64,000 bases of DNA from Planctomycetota bacterium (GCA_050248855.1 JBFWRP010000009.1:32001-96000), one strand, 5' to 3'; positions 1-9,256 are shown, counted from the first letter of the stretch. The notes: a model not told the origin generated them from the sequence alone. A program made the numbers and translations.

Positions 1-2621
1 CGTGGGACGCGTGGAGCCAGCGCTTTCGCGCGGCGTACCTCGAACGCCCGGAGCGCGCGGAGGGGGCTGCCACGGCGCTCGCAGAATCCGCTGAAGCGTC
101 CGGTCGTCACGACGTGCTGGGGCGCCTGCTGGGGCAGCGCGCCGTCGCACTCCATCGCACGGGGAGCCCGACCGACGCCGCGCGGCTCTATCGCGAGGCC
201 GCTGACCACCTCGTCGCCGCCGGGCATCCCGACGACGCTGCGCACGCGCGCCTGCTCGCCGTCGACGCCCTGGCCCACGCCGGTCAGCTGGACGATGCGC
301 TGGCCGAGGCCGACGCCCTGGCCCGCGTCCTGCGCGGGGCGCGGCACCGCTTGCGTCGCGCGCTCTTGCGCGGCAACCGGGCGAGCGCACTCCGTTTGGC
401 GGGGCGCCTCGAGGAGTCGGCCCGCGAGAGCGAAGCCGCTTCGCGCAGCTTGGAGCAGCTCGGACAGGAGGGGAGCGCGGCCGCCGCCGAGCTCAACGCG
501 GGTGTGGCGTGGATGTACGCCGGACGACTCGAGAAGGCCGGCAATCGCCTCCGCTCGGCGGCCCGGCGCTTGGAGGCGCTGGGGCAGGCAGATCGCGTGG
601 AGGACGCACGCTACGACCTGGCGTGTCTCGACGTCCGGGCGGGACGCTTGGGCCCGGCCGTCCGATCGCTGGACGCGCTGGCACGCGACTTCGCAGCCCG
701 CGGGCTCGTGCGTCGCGCCGCGCTGGCGCGCATGGACCTCGCCGACGCGCTGGGGCGACTGGGCGATGACGACGCCGCAGCGCGCGAAGCGCGCATGGCG
801 GCTGACGCGTTCGAAGCCGAACGCGCTCCTGGCGAGGCGGCCGAAGCGTGGCTTCTCCTGGCCCAGGCCGAGGTGGCGGTGAACGGCGGTCCTGCAACGG
901 AGACGCTGGATGCGGCACGTCGAGCAGCGGAGCTCTCCAGCCGCGAAGAGATCGCCCTGCGTATCGCGGTGCTCGCCGACGACGTCGCCCTTGCCGCGGG
1001 CACGCTGCCATCCATGGAGGGGATGGCACGGCGTGCGGCTCGCGCGAACGAGCTGGGCCTGCGTGAGGTAGCCGACGCCACGCGCACCCAAGAGGCCGAG
1101 CGCCTCCTCCTGCACGGCGACGCGGTGGGCGCGCGCGCCCGGCTCGAGGAGCACGGCCTGCTGCGTCGTACGCATCCGTTTGCGGTCGTACGTGCCGCAC
1201 GCGTGGACGCGCGTGCCGCGGCGGCCCTGGGCGACACGAGCGCTGCCATCTCGGGGCTGCGCCGCGTCACCACGCGTCTTGCCGCGTGGGCAGGCGACGT
1301 GCCGGGCGGCTGGCTCGCGAGTGCGTTCCTCGCACGGCACGGCGGTGCCACGTTGGATCTCGTGGACCTGCTGCTCGTGCGTGGCCGCGCCGTGGATCGG
1401 AGCGAGGCCGTGGCACGCCTCGACGAGCTGGCGCGCCAGGCGTTTGCCGTCGACACGAGCCCGCCGCGCGCCAGGGGCTTGATGGCCCTGCGCCAGCGAC
1501 TGGAGTCGATCTACGCCACGCTTGCCGGCGGAGGCGGCGCGCGCGGGCTGGGCCTGGCCGCGCGACCGGCGCTCGTGGAGGAAGCGCGGCGACTCGAGCA
1601 GGACGTGCTGCGCCGCTGGCGCGACGAAGAGCGGCAGACGGCCTCGCTCGCGCCCACCCGCGAGCCCCCCGTTGCCAACGATGCATTCGACGTGATCGCC
1701 CACCTCTGGCACCACGGCGGTCGGCTGCGGGCTACGCTCAGCCGTCGCAGCGGCGAGGTTCTCGCGCTCCCCGCCCTCGCCGCCGACACCGAGGTCCGAC
1801 GCGCCACCGAGGCCGTGCGCTTCCACGCCGAGCGCGTCCGGCAGATGGGTTCGCGGGCCGCTCGCGATGTGCTCGACGACGAGCTCGAGCTGCTTGCGAA
1901 CCGTGTGCTCCTCCCCATGGTCGAGGCGCTCGGGGAGCTGCCCGCGTCATGGGGTTGGATCGCTGATCCGCGCGCCAGCGCCCTGCCCTTGGAGCATCTC
2001 CCCCTCGAGGGACGCCCGCTCGCGGCGTGCGTGCCGATGGCCCGCGTACCCGCACTTCACGCCGCCCCGCGAGCCCGACCGCGCGGGCGTGGCGAGGCCG
2101 CCGTGCTCCTTGCTGCCGACGACTTGCCGGGGGCTCGCGACGAGGTACGCGCGCTCGGCCATGCCGCCGCCGTTGCGCCCACGCGCGAGGGCCTCGCCCG
2201 CGCGCTGGCCCGCCATCGCGTCGTGCACGTTGCCGGGCACGGCTACACGCCCGATGACGCACCCGCGCTCGGCGGCTTGCGCTTGGCGGACGGTTGGTTC
2301 ACCAGCGCGGACGTGCCCTCGCGTGTGGGCGCGGACCTCGTGGTCCTCGCGGCCTGCCGCAGTGGAACGGGCACCGCCAGCTCCAAGCGACCCGTGGGCG
2401 GCCTCCCGCGGGCACTGTTGGCCGCCGGCGCGCGCCAGGTGTTGTGGACGGCCGCCGACGTGGACGACGCAGCCAGCGCGCGCCTGATGACGGCGTTTCA
2501 TACGGCACGCAAGCGGCTCGGAACGGCGGCTGCTTTGGGCGAAGCCCTGATCCTGATGCAGGATCAAGAGGGCACGCCCGCGCGTTCGCTTCCTTTCCGG
2601 CTCACGGGATTCCAGCCATGA
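1..2621 (+). CDS. TPR-repeat + CHAT (caspase-like) domain protein, 5'-partial (frame open to window edge)
   Basis: Helical TPR-like repeats followed by CHAT motifs LPLEHL, HVAGHG (His) and LVVLAAC (Cys). No in-frame stop upstream of 114. Confidence 0.85.
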   Translation, partial: WDAWSQRFRAAYLERPERAEGAATALAESAEASGRHDVLGRLLGQRAVALHRTGSPTDAARLYREAADHLVAAGHPDDAAHARLLAVDALAHAGQLDDALAEADALARVLRGARHRLRRALLRGNRASALRLAGRLEESARESEAASRSLEQLGQEGSAAAAELNAGVAWMYAGRLEKAGNRLRSAARRLEALGQADRVEDARYDLACLDVRAGRLGPAVRSLDALARDFAARGLVRRAALARMDLADALGRLGDDDAAAREARMAADAFEAERAPGEAAEAWLLLAQAEVAVNGGPATETLDAARRAAELSSREEIALRIAVLADDVALAAGTLPSMEGMARRAARANELGLREVADATRTQEAERLLLHGDAVGARARLEEHGLLRRTHPFAVVRAARVDARAAAALGDTSAAISGLRRVTTRLAAWAGDVPGGWLASAFLARHGGATLDLVDLLLVRGRAVDRSEAVARLDELARQAFAVDTSPPRARGLMALRQRLESIYATLAGGGGARGLGLAARPALVEEARRLEQDVLRRWRDEERQTASLAPTREPPVANDAFDVIAHLWHHGGRLRATLSRRSGEVLALPALAADTEVRRATEAVRFHAERVRQMGSRAARDVLDDELELLANRVLLPMVEALGELPASWGWIADPRASALPLEHLPLEGRPLAACVPMARVPALHAAPRARPRGRGEAAVLLAADDLPGARDEVRALGHAAAVAPTREGLARALARHRVVHVAGHGYTPDDAPALGGLRLADGWFTSADVPSRVGADLVVLAACRSGTGTASSKRPVGGLPRALLAAGARQVLWTAADVDDAASARLMTAFHTARKRLGTAAALGEALILMQDQEGTPARSLPFRLTGFQP

Positions 2622-3886
2622 CGCTTCGTTTCTCCTTTCCTGCGGCGGCCCGGGCGCGCCTCGTGGTCCCCTGTCTGCCGCTGCTGCTCGCGGCCTGCGG
2701 TGGCGGCGGCGCCGGTTCCGCCTCGCCGCCACCGGACAATCTCCAGCCCACGGTCGTGCTCGTCGAGATCGTGGACGACGACGACGACCCCGATGACGTC
2801 CTGGACACCATCGAGGATGTCGTCGAAGACACGGGCGCGACATATCTGGGCGAGGTGGACGGTACGGCGTTCCACCGCTTCGAGCTGCCTACCGGACTGT
2901 CCCCCGAAGGCTTCCTCGCGCTGGTCGACGACGACATCCGCATCACGGACGGCCAAGAGGACATCGAGCTCAGCTCGCCGGAGGGCGGCGGCGCCACGAT
3001 TCCGCTGGGCGGCGAGCTGTTCGCCACCGCCGTCGCCCAACAACCCGAGCTGCTGCGCATCGGCCTGCTGGCGGCGCACGATCGCGTGACGGGGGCTGGT
3101 GTGCGCGTGGCGGTGCTCGACACCGGCATCGACCCCGATCACCCGTTGCTCGTCGGTCACATCGCGCCGGGCGGCCAGGACTTCATCGACGGCGACGACG
3201 ACCCGCGCTACGTGGCCAACGGTCGCGACGACGACGCGGACGGTCTGATCGACGAGGGTCGCGGCCACGGCACGTTCGTGGCGAGCCTCGTGCTGGCCGT
3301 GGCCCCCGGTGCGCAGATCGTTCCCTTCCGCGTGCTCGACAGTGACTCGCGTGGCAAGGCGAGCTCTCTCGCCGAGGCCATCGCGCGGGCCGCCGACCTC
3401 GGCGTGGACGTGATCAACCTGTCAGCGGGCATGCCGACACGCGTGCAGGTCGTGAAGGATGCCGTGCAGTACGCACGCGAGCGGGGCGTCCTCGTCGTCG
3501 CCAGCGCGGGCAACACGGGCACGCGCAGCGTCACGTTCCCGGCCTCGCTCGGAGATGGCTTGAGCGTCACCAGTGTCGACGACGGCGACGTGCTGGCGGG
3601 CTTCGCCTCCTTCGGCGACGACGTGGATCTCTCCGCGCCCGGCCAGGAGCTGATCGGCGCGTTTCCCAACGGACTCGGTGCCGTGCGGTGGTCGGGGACT
3701 TCGTTCAGTGCGGCCTTGGTCTCCGGCGCCTTCGCCCTGGTCCGCGAGGCCTTCCCTGGCCTGGACGCCGAGCACGTCGTCTCGCACCTGCGGGATACGA
3801 GCGTGGACGTGCGCTCCCTCAACCCCGCGCGGGATGGGGACATGGGCGAGGGACGCCTGGACCTCGACGCCGCCACCGCCCCCTGA
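2618..3886 (+). CDS. S8 (subtilisin-family) serine peptidase, lipoprotein
   Basis: ATG overlaps the CHAT stop (ATGA). Lipobox LLAAC. Catalytic motifs VAVLDTG, GHGTFVA, SAGN, SGTSFS. Confidence 0.9.
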   Translation: MTLRFSFPAAARARLVVPCLPLLLAACGGGGAGSASPPPDNLQPTVVLVEIVDDDDDPDDVLDTIEDVVEDTGATYLGEVDGTAFHRFELPTGLSPEGFLALVDDDIRITDGQEDIELSSPEGGGATIPLGGELFATAVAQQPELLRIGLLAAHDRVTGAGVRVAVLDTGIDPDHPLLVGHIAPGGQDFIDGDDDPRYVANGRDDDADGLIDEGRGHGTFVASLVLAVAPGAQIVPFRVLDSDSRGKASSLAEAIARAADLGVDVINLSAGMPTRVQVVKDAVQYARERGVLVVASAGNTGTRSVTFPASLGDGLSVTSVDDGDVLAGFASFGDDVDLSAPGQELIGAFPNGLGAVRWSGTSFSAALVSGAFALVREAFPGLDAEHVVSHLRDTSVDVRSLNPARDGDMGEGRLDLDAATAP

Positions 3887-3961
3887 TCGCGGGGCACACA
3901 CCCCGCCGGCGCGGTAGCCTCCTCCAGTCCAACGGGCCTCCCGATGGACGAGGAGGCTTCC

Positions 3962-5296
3962 ATGCGTTCTACCGCATTCCTCTTGGCCGCCGCCGGGCTC
4001 GCGGCGCTGCCGGGCACCGCCTGGGCCGGCGGCGAGCTGGCCCCGCCCGTGCGCGTCGTGGCGGGCGAGGCGCCGATCCGCGCCGAGGTCGGCCACGCCG
4101 CGCCCTGCTTCCACGACTTGGATCGCGACGGCAAGCGCGACTTGCTCGTCGGCCAGATGGGCAAGGGCCAGCTCCTCGTCTGGCGCAACGAGGGCACGGA
4201 CACGAAGCCCGTGTTCACGACGTCCACCGTGTTCCGCGTGGACGGCAAGGACGCCACCGTCGAAGCGGGTTGATGCGTCGGCTTCGGTCCACAGGTCGTG
4301 GACCTCGACGGCGACGGACACCTCGACATGATCAGCGGCGGATTCCCCGGGCACGTCTACGTGTTCCGCGGCAACGGCGAAGGCGGCTTCCTCGCTCGTG
4401 ACGAGGTCAAGCTCGCCGACGGCAACGACGTCAAGGTGGAGAGCGCCTCGGCGCCGTTCGCGGTGGACTGGGACGCGGATGGCGACCTCGATCTCGTCGT
4501 GGGCGACATCGCTGGCGGCGTGCACCTCTTCGACGGGCAGGGCGGCACGAAGGCGCTGAGCCTGTCGGGCTCCAAGCCGCTCGAGGTGGAGGGCAAGGCC
4601 ATCCGCGTCGACGGCGGAGACGCCGGCCCCACGGTGGCGGACTGGGACGGCGACGGTCGCTTGGACCTCGTGCTCGGTTGCGGAGACGGCAGCGTGCTGC
4701 TCTACCGCAACACCTCCAAGGAGGGCGCGGCGGTCCTCGCCGCACCCGTGACGCTGCTCGAGGGCGGAGGCTGGGGCGGGCCCGGCGGCATGGACGACAC
4801 GCGCCCCGGGGTTCGCGCCAAGCCGTGGGTCACGGACTGGGACGGCGACGGTCGGCTCGACCTGCTCGTGGGCGACCTCTCGCTCGCCAAGCCCAAGGCG
4901 CGCGTGCGCACGCCGGAGGACGACGCCGAGCTCGAGAAGATCCAGGCCGATCTCGCCAAGTTCGGCGAGCGCTTCGAGCCCGTGATGAAGCGCATCCTCC
5001 GCGAGACGCTCGCGGAAGAGGGCATCGAGGCGACCGACGAGGAGCTCGAGGATCCGAACGGCAAGCTGGAGAGCCTGCCCGAGGACCAGAAGGGCCGCTT
5101 GCAGAAGGCGCTCATGAAGCGCTTCGAGGCTGACGAAGAGGCCCAGGCGATGCAGGCCGAGGCCGAGGCCGCGATGGAGCGCATGCGCGAGCTCGGGGGG
5201 GGCGGAGGCACACCGCAGGGCCACGTCTGGCTGCTCCGTCGTCTGCCTGCGACGGCGGTGACCACCGCGCCCGCCGCCGACACGACGACCCGCTGA
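3962..5296 (+). CDS. Secreted FG-GAP/VCBS-repeat protein with in-frame TGA at 4271-4273 (putative selenocysteine, codon 104)
   Basis: AGGAGG at 3951-3956 and a signal peptide. ORFs 3944-4273 and 4298-5296 share one frame, separated only by TGA. Five P-x3-D-x-D-x-D-G-x-x-D repeats continue across the stop. A SECIS-like hairpin follows. Confidence 0.8.
4276..4310 (+). promoter_or_regulatory. Putative bacterial SECIS stem-loop
   Basis: CGTCG(4276-80)/CGACG(4306-10) lower stem. GGTCCAC(4286-92)/GTGGACC(4298-4304) upper stem. Loop AGGTC, which follows 19 nt of intervening sequence after the TGA. Confidence 0.7.
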
Positions 5297-5367
5297 CGAG
5301 CCGTCGGCTCCACGCCGCGGACAGGTACGCTGGCCCCGCCTCGCGAGCGACCGAGGCGGGAGCCACC

Positions 5368-6693
5368 GTGGACGTGCAGGCCGTCGACCCCGCCACTGGG
5401 CGCGTACTGGGCACGTGGCCCGCGAGCCGGCCTGCGGACACAGACGCCGCGCTCGACGCCGCGGTCACGGCCCAGGCCGAGTGGGGCGCCCGTACGCCCG
5501 AGGCCCGAGCGGCCGTGCTGGCGCGCGCCGGCGAGCTGCTGCGCACGCGCGCGCCCGCGCTGACGCTGCTCCTGGCCGATGAGGTCGGTCGGCCGGTGCG
5601 TGAGGGGCGGGCCGAGCTCGACGCCGCGGTCGCGCTCCTCGACTACCTGGCGCGCCACGCCGCGCGCCACCTGGCGCCCGAGCGCGTCTCGGCGGAGAAG
5701 CCCCGCGCCTACGCGCGGTTCGACCCGCGCGGCGTGCTGCTCGCCGTGCTCGAGGGCGTCACGGTCTACGAGGATCTGGCCCACGCCGTGGGCCTGCCCT
5801 TGGCGACCGGCTCCGGCGTGATGGTGCTGCCCGAAGTGCGCGCCCCCGCGAGCGCGCTCGCGTTCGTCCAGGTCCTCGAAGCCGCGGGCGTGCCGCACGG
5901 CCTGATCGGGGTGGCGCGGCTGGCTCCGACCGAGGCGACCGCGTGGGTCGCCGACCCGCGCATCGCGGGAGCCGTGGCGCGCGCTTCCGCCGCCACCGTG
6001 CGCTTCGTGCGCGAGGCCTCCGCCCGCCACGACACGGAGGCGTGGACCGAAGGGCCCACGAACGACGCGTTGGTGGTGCTGGCCGACGCCGACGTCGGGG
6101 ACGCGGTCGCGGCCTACGTGCGCGGACGCTTCCACGCCACGGGGCAGGGCCGCCGCGGGCCCCGTCGCTGCATCGTCGTGGAGCCCCTGGCCGAACGCTT
6201 CGAACGGGAGCTGGCCGCGCGCATTGCGGCGCTCGTGGTGGGACCACCGCGCGACACGGGCACCACCATCGGGCCCGTGTTGGCCAACGGCGTCATCGAG
6301 CGCCTTGCCACGCACGTCGAGGCCAGCGTGGCGGCGGGGGCGCGTCGCGTGTGCGCGTCGCGCTTCCCCGAAGGGCCCGGCGCTTGGTGCCCCGCGCTGC
6401 TGGTCGCGGGCCTCGAGCCGGGCATGCCCTTGTTCGACGAGCGCGTGCAAGGCCCGCTCGCCCTCCTCGCCACCGCGCACGACGAGGCCCACGCGTTCGA
6501 GCTGGCCACGTCATCGCCGGACGCCGTGGGCCTCTCGGTGTTCGGACGCGATGCCAGCCGCGCGGAGGAGCTCGCGCTGGCGACCCAGGCTGCGCCCGTG
6601 GCCGTCAACGAGGTGCCGGGAGCCGACCCACGCCTCGTCGCCCCCCCGCTGCTTCGCACGCTGAGCGTGCGCCGCCACGTCGAGATCGCCTGA
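5368..6693 (+). CDS. Aldehyde dehydrogenase-family protein (SSADH-like), degenerate active site
   Basis: ALDH-like segments VDPATG, EVGRPVREGRAE, TTIGPV, FDERVQGPLA. The catalytic GQxC position reads GQGR. Confidence 0.75.
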   Translation: MDVQAVDPATGRVLGTWPASRPADTDAALDAAVTAQAEWGARTPEARAAVLARAGELLRTRAPALTLLLADEVGRPVREGRAELDAAVALLDYLARHAARHLAPERVSAEKPRAYARFDPRGVLLAVLEGVTVYEDLAHAVGLPLATGSGVMVLPEVRAPASALAFVQVLEAAGVPHGLIGVARLAPTEATAWVADPRIAGAVARASAATVRFVREASARHDTEAWTEGPTNDALVVLADADVGDAVAAYVRGRFHATGQGRRGPRRCIVVEPLAERFERELAARIAALVVGPPRDTGTTIGPVLANGVIERLATHVEASVAAGARRVCASRFPEGPGAWCPALLVAGLEPGMPLFDERVQGPLALLATAHDEAHAFELATSSPDAVGLSVFGRDASRAEELALATQAAPVAVNEVPGADPRLVAPPLLRTLSVRRHVEIA

Positions 6694-6706
6694 CCGCCGT
6701 CCCGGG

Positions 6707-7072
6707 TCAACGGCCCGCATGCGCCTGGAGCCACGCCAGCACGCGCGCGCGCTCCGCGCCGAACAGCCCGGCCCGCGGCCCGTAGCGGGCCACGAACATC
6801 GGCCATTCCGCGGCGCTCGCGTAGGTGGGATCGAACGGCTCGTGGCACTGCCCACAGCGCCGGCGGTAGATCGCCTCGGTCGCCGGATCGGCCGCCCGAT
6901 CGGCCCACGCCTCGGCTGTCTCGTCGCCAAACGTCGCCGGCGCGGCGCCGCTGCGCGATCGTCGGCCAGGATCGGCGGGATAGCCCCACGCGCAGCCCGC
7001 AAGGACCAGCGCGCCCGTCGTGGCCACGAGACCCGTGCGCCACGCCCTCCTCGTCGCGAAGCGTGAAGTCAT
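6707..7072 (-). CDS. Small c-type cytochrome lipoprotein
   Basis: Lipobox LAGC. Heme-binding CGQCH followed by ...EWPMFVARY. Confidence 0.75.
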   Translation of the reverse strand: MTSRFATRRAWRTGLVATTGALVLAGCAWGYPADPGRRSRSGAAPATFGDETAEAWADRAADPATEAIYRRRCGQCHEPFDPTYASAAEWPMFVARYGPRAGLFGAERARVLAWLQAHAGR

Positions 7073-7081
7073 CCGAGCCTC

Positions 7082-8506
7082 CTAGAAGTACGTCGACAGG
7101 CTGAACGTGAGCTCGCGCTCGTCGCGCTCGTTCTCGAAGTGCAGCCAGGTGTGGTCCAAGCGCAGTACGGTGCGCTCCGTGAGGCGGTAGTTGAGCGCGA
7201 GGCCGAAGCTCTCCGCGTCGTCCTGTTTGGCCGCGCCGACGGAGCGGTCGTCCAGGTCCGTGGTCTGGTAGCGCGCGGCCAGCGTGAAATGGCTCGTCGG
7301 CGTGACGAGGCACGTGTCGCATGCGCGCCACGCACACGGCATGAAGTGCCACGCGGCCTCCGCCCATAGGCCATCCAGGCCATGGACCGTGCCGGCGGGG
7401 GCTCCTGCCCGGCGGTCGATGTCGTAGCGCAGGTACTCGCCCTGCAGCTCGAAGGGGCCCTTGCGCAGCAACCAGTCCACGCCCCAGCCGGTCAGGGCCT
7501 CGTCGCCCGCGTCGTCGATCTTGCCCGTGGTCCCGGAGAGGCCGATCTCGTAGCGATCCAGGAACCGGTTGCGCCCCTCGAGCACCACGCGGCCCCAGAC
7601 CTGCTTGTTCTCGTTGTTGTCGACATCCCATTCCTGCCGACCGCCGCGGACGCCACCGCCAGGGGTGAGGTCGTCCGAGAAGCCCGTCGAGACGACGACG
7701 TCGTAGGACAGCAGCGCGTCGCACCCCACGCCGATCGAGCCTTCGACACCGAGGCCCGCCTGCCCGAAGCCCGTGGGCACGAAGTAGCGGGCCGTCCACG
7801 GGCGGATCGTGAAGTCGGCCAGCGGGTCGTCGTGGAACAGGTTGTAGCGACCGAAGGGGATCAGCGGCGCGCCGATCTTGGGCTGGAACCAGTCGACGAG
7901 GCGTGCGGTGACGACCGCCTGCTCGACGCGCACGTCGCCTTCGCTGCCGCCGCCGATGCCGCCGTGCTCGATCTCCACTTCGGCCGTGAAGTCGACGCAG
8001 TCCGTGATGGGCGCGTCGAGCTGCAGGATCAGTCGGTGCAGGTCGAAGGTCGTGTTGCGCGAGCTGTTGGCACGCATCTCGGCCGTGAGATAGCCACCCC
8101 ACCGCACGCCGCCCGGCGAGCTACCGCCGTGGAGGGACGACGGCGACCGCACGAGGCGGTCCGCGCCGCCGGACAGCCGCGTCAGCTCGAGGCGCTCTTC
8201 GGGCGTGACGCCAGCGTGGGCGTACGGTGCGACCGGCGCGGGCGTTGGCGCCGGCGCCTCGTGCGTGGCCTGGGTGGGCACGACGCCGTCGGTACCCGCA
8301 GGACGTGCGGCGGCTTGGTCACGCCAGTGCGCCACGTCGTGCTCGAGCTTGCGGATGCGCTCCGTCTGCTCCAGCAGCAGGGCTTCGAGTCGAGCCAAGC
8401 GCTCCTCGGCCCCGTCATCGGCCCGCGCCACCGGGGCCCGGGCACCGAGCGTCAGGGCCAGCCCGAGCGCCAGACACGCGCGGGCGGATCGTTTCTTCGC
8501 TCCCAT
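7082..8506 (-). CDS. Outer-membrane beta-barrel porin (OprO/P-like) with N-terminal coiled coil
   Basis: AAGGAGG RBS, signal peptide, coiled coil, alternating beta-strand pattern, C-terminal Phe (STYF). Confidence 0.8.
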   Translation of the reverse strand: MGAKKRSARACLALGLALTLGARAPVARADDGAEERLARLEALLLEQTERIRKLEHDVAHWRDQAAARPAGTDGVVPTQATHEAPAPTPAPVAPYAHAGVTPEERLELTRLSGGADRLVRSPSSLHGGSSPGGVRWGGYLTAEMRANSSRNTTFDLHRLILQLDAPITDCVDFTAEVEIEHGGIGGGSEGDVRVEQAVVTARLVDWFQPKIGAPLIPFGRYNLFHDDPLADFTIRPWTARYFVPTGFGQAGLGVEGSIGVGCDALLSYDVVVSTGFSDDLTPGGGVRGGRQEWDVDNNENKQVWGRVVLEGRNRFLDRYEIGLSGTTGKIDDAGDEALTGWGVDWLLRKGPFELQGEYLRYDIDRRAGAPAGTVHGLDGLWAEAAWHFMPCAWRACDTCLVTPTSHFTLAARYQTTDLDDRSVGAAKQDDAESFGLALNYRLTERTVLRLDHTWLHFENERDERELTFSLSTYF

Positions 8507-8534
8507 TGCGACCTCCTTGGGTCGCGCTTCATAT

Positions 8535-8549
8535 TGCGATCGAATTGCA
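8535..8549. promoter_or_regulatory. Imperfect AT-rich inverted repeat upstream of porin (possible Fur-family box)
   Basis: TGCGAT-CGA-ATTGCA inside an AT-rich patch. Confidence 0.3.
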
Positions 8550-8603
8550 GAATCAACTTTGAAACAGAGCCGGCACCCTCGGCACAAGTGGACGGGCCCT
8601 TAT

Positions 8604-8626
8604 GTCTGAACTACAGACTTGTCTGT
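8604..8626. promoter_or_regulatory. Overlapping inverted repeats, likely operator
   Basis: GTCTG-N5-CAGAC (8604-8618) and ACAGAC-TT-GTCTGT (8613-8626), just upstream of the membrane-protein/wHTH operon. Confidence 0.5.
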
Positions 8627-8647
8627 CACATCGCTATTGGAGCTCCC

Positions 8648-9256
8648 ATGACCCACCCCGATCCCCAGGCCGCCGCGGCCCGCGACCTTGCCTACATCCG
8701 CGACGTGATGGACCGCACGTCCAAGCTCGTCGACCCGCACGCCTTCCACTACGTGCACTGGGGCGCCATCGTCCTGGTCTGGTACCCGCTGGCCACGTGG
8801 CTCACGCGCAACGACCGACTGGACTGGCTGCTGCCCGTCGGCGCCATCGCGGTGGGTCTCGGCGCGTTGCTCAGCATCGGACGCGAAGTGCTGCTGGGCC
8901 GCCGCGGCGAGCGTCAGGACGGCCCCACCCCCATCGCGCGTCAAGTGGTGCTCGTCACGTTCGGAGCCATCGGGGCAGGCGCGGTCCTCTCGGCCATCGC
9001 ACCGGCGTTCGGCTTCATCGCGGGGCCCGAGGTGCCGACGCTGTGGGGCCTCGTGTATGCGGCCATGGCGTTCGGCATCGGCGTGGTCTACGACCGCGCC
9101 TTCCTCGTGGCGGCGATCGTGATCTTCGCCGGCGCGGTCGCGGCCATCGCTTGGCCCGCGGGCAACGGCTACGTGCTGGGCCCCACCATGGGCCTGGGCA
9201 TGATCGTCCCCGGCTGGCGTGCCGAGCGAAGGGTCCGAGCGAGAGCCACCGCGTGA
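8648..9256 (+). CDS. Integral membrane protein (about 6 TM)
   Basis: N-terminal DLAYIRDVMDRT motif and several hydrophobic helices. Coupled to the downstream regulator. Confidence 0.8.
   Translation: MTHPDPQAAAARDLAYIRDVMDRTSKLVDPHAFHYVHWGAIVLVWYPLATWLTRNDRLDWLLPVGAIAVGLGALLSIGREVLLGRRGERQDGPTPIARQVVLVTFGAIGAGAVLSAIAPAFGFIAGPEVPTLWGLVYAAMAFGIGVVYDRAFLVAAIVIFAGAVAAIAWPAGNGYVLGPTMGLGMIVPGWRAERRVRARATA

Noticed and set aside
4271..4273. Genome-wide TGA reassignment (Trp or Gly)
   Set aside because: Conserved genes here (topA, nadC, rph, lepA, etfB) end in TGA at the expected positions.
4298..5296. ORF 4298-5296 as an independent gene
   Set aside because: It starts in the middle of an FG-GAP repeat, has no RBS or signal peptide, and is in frame with the upstream ORF.
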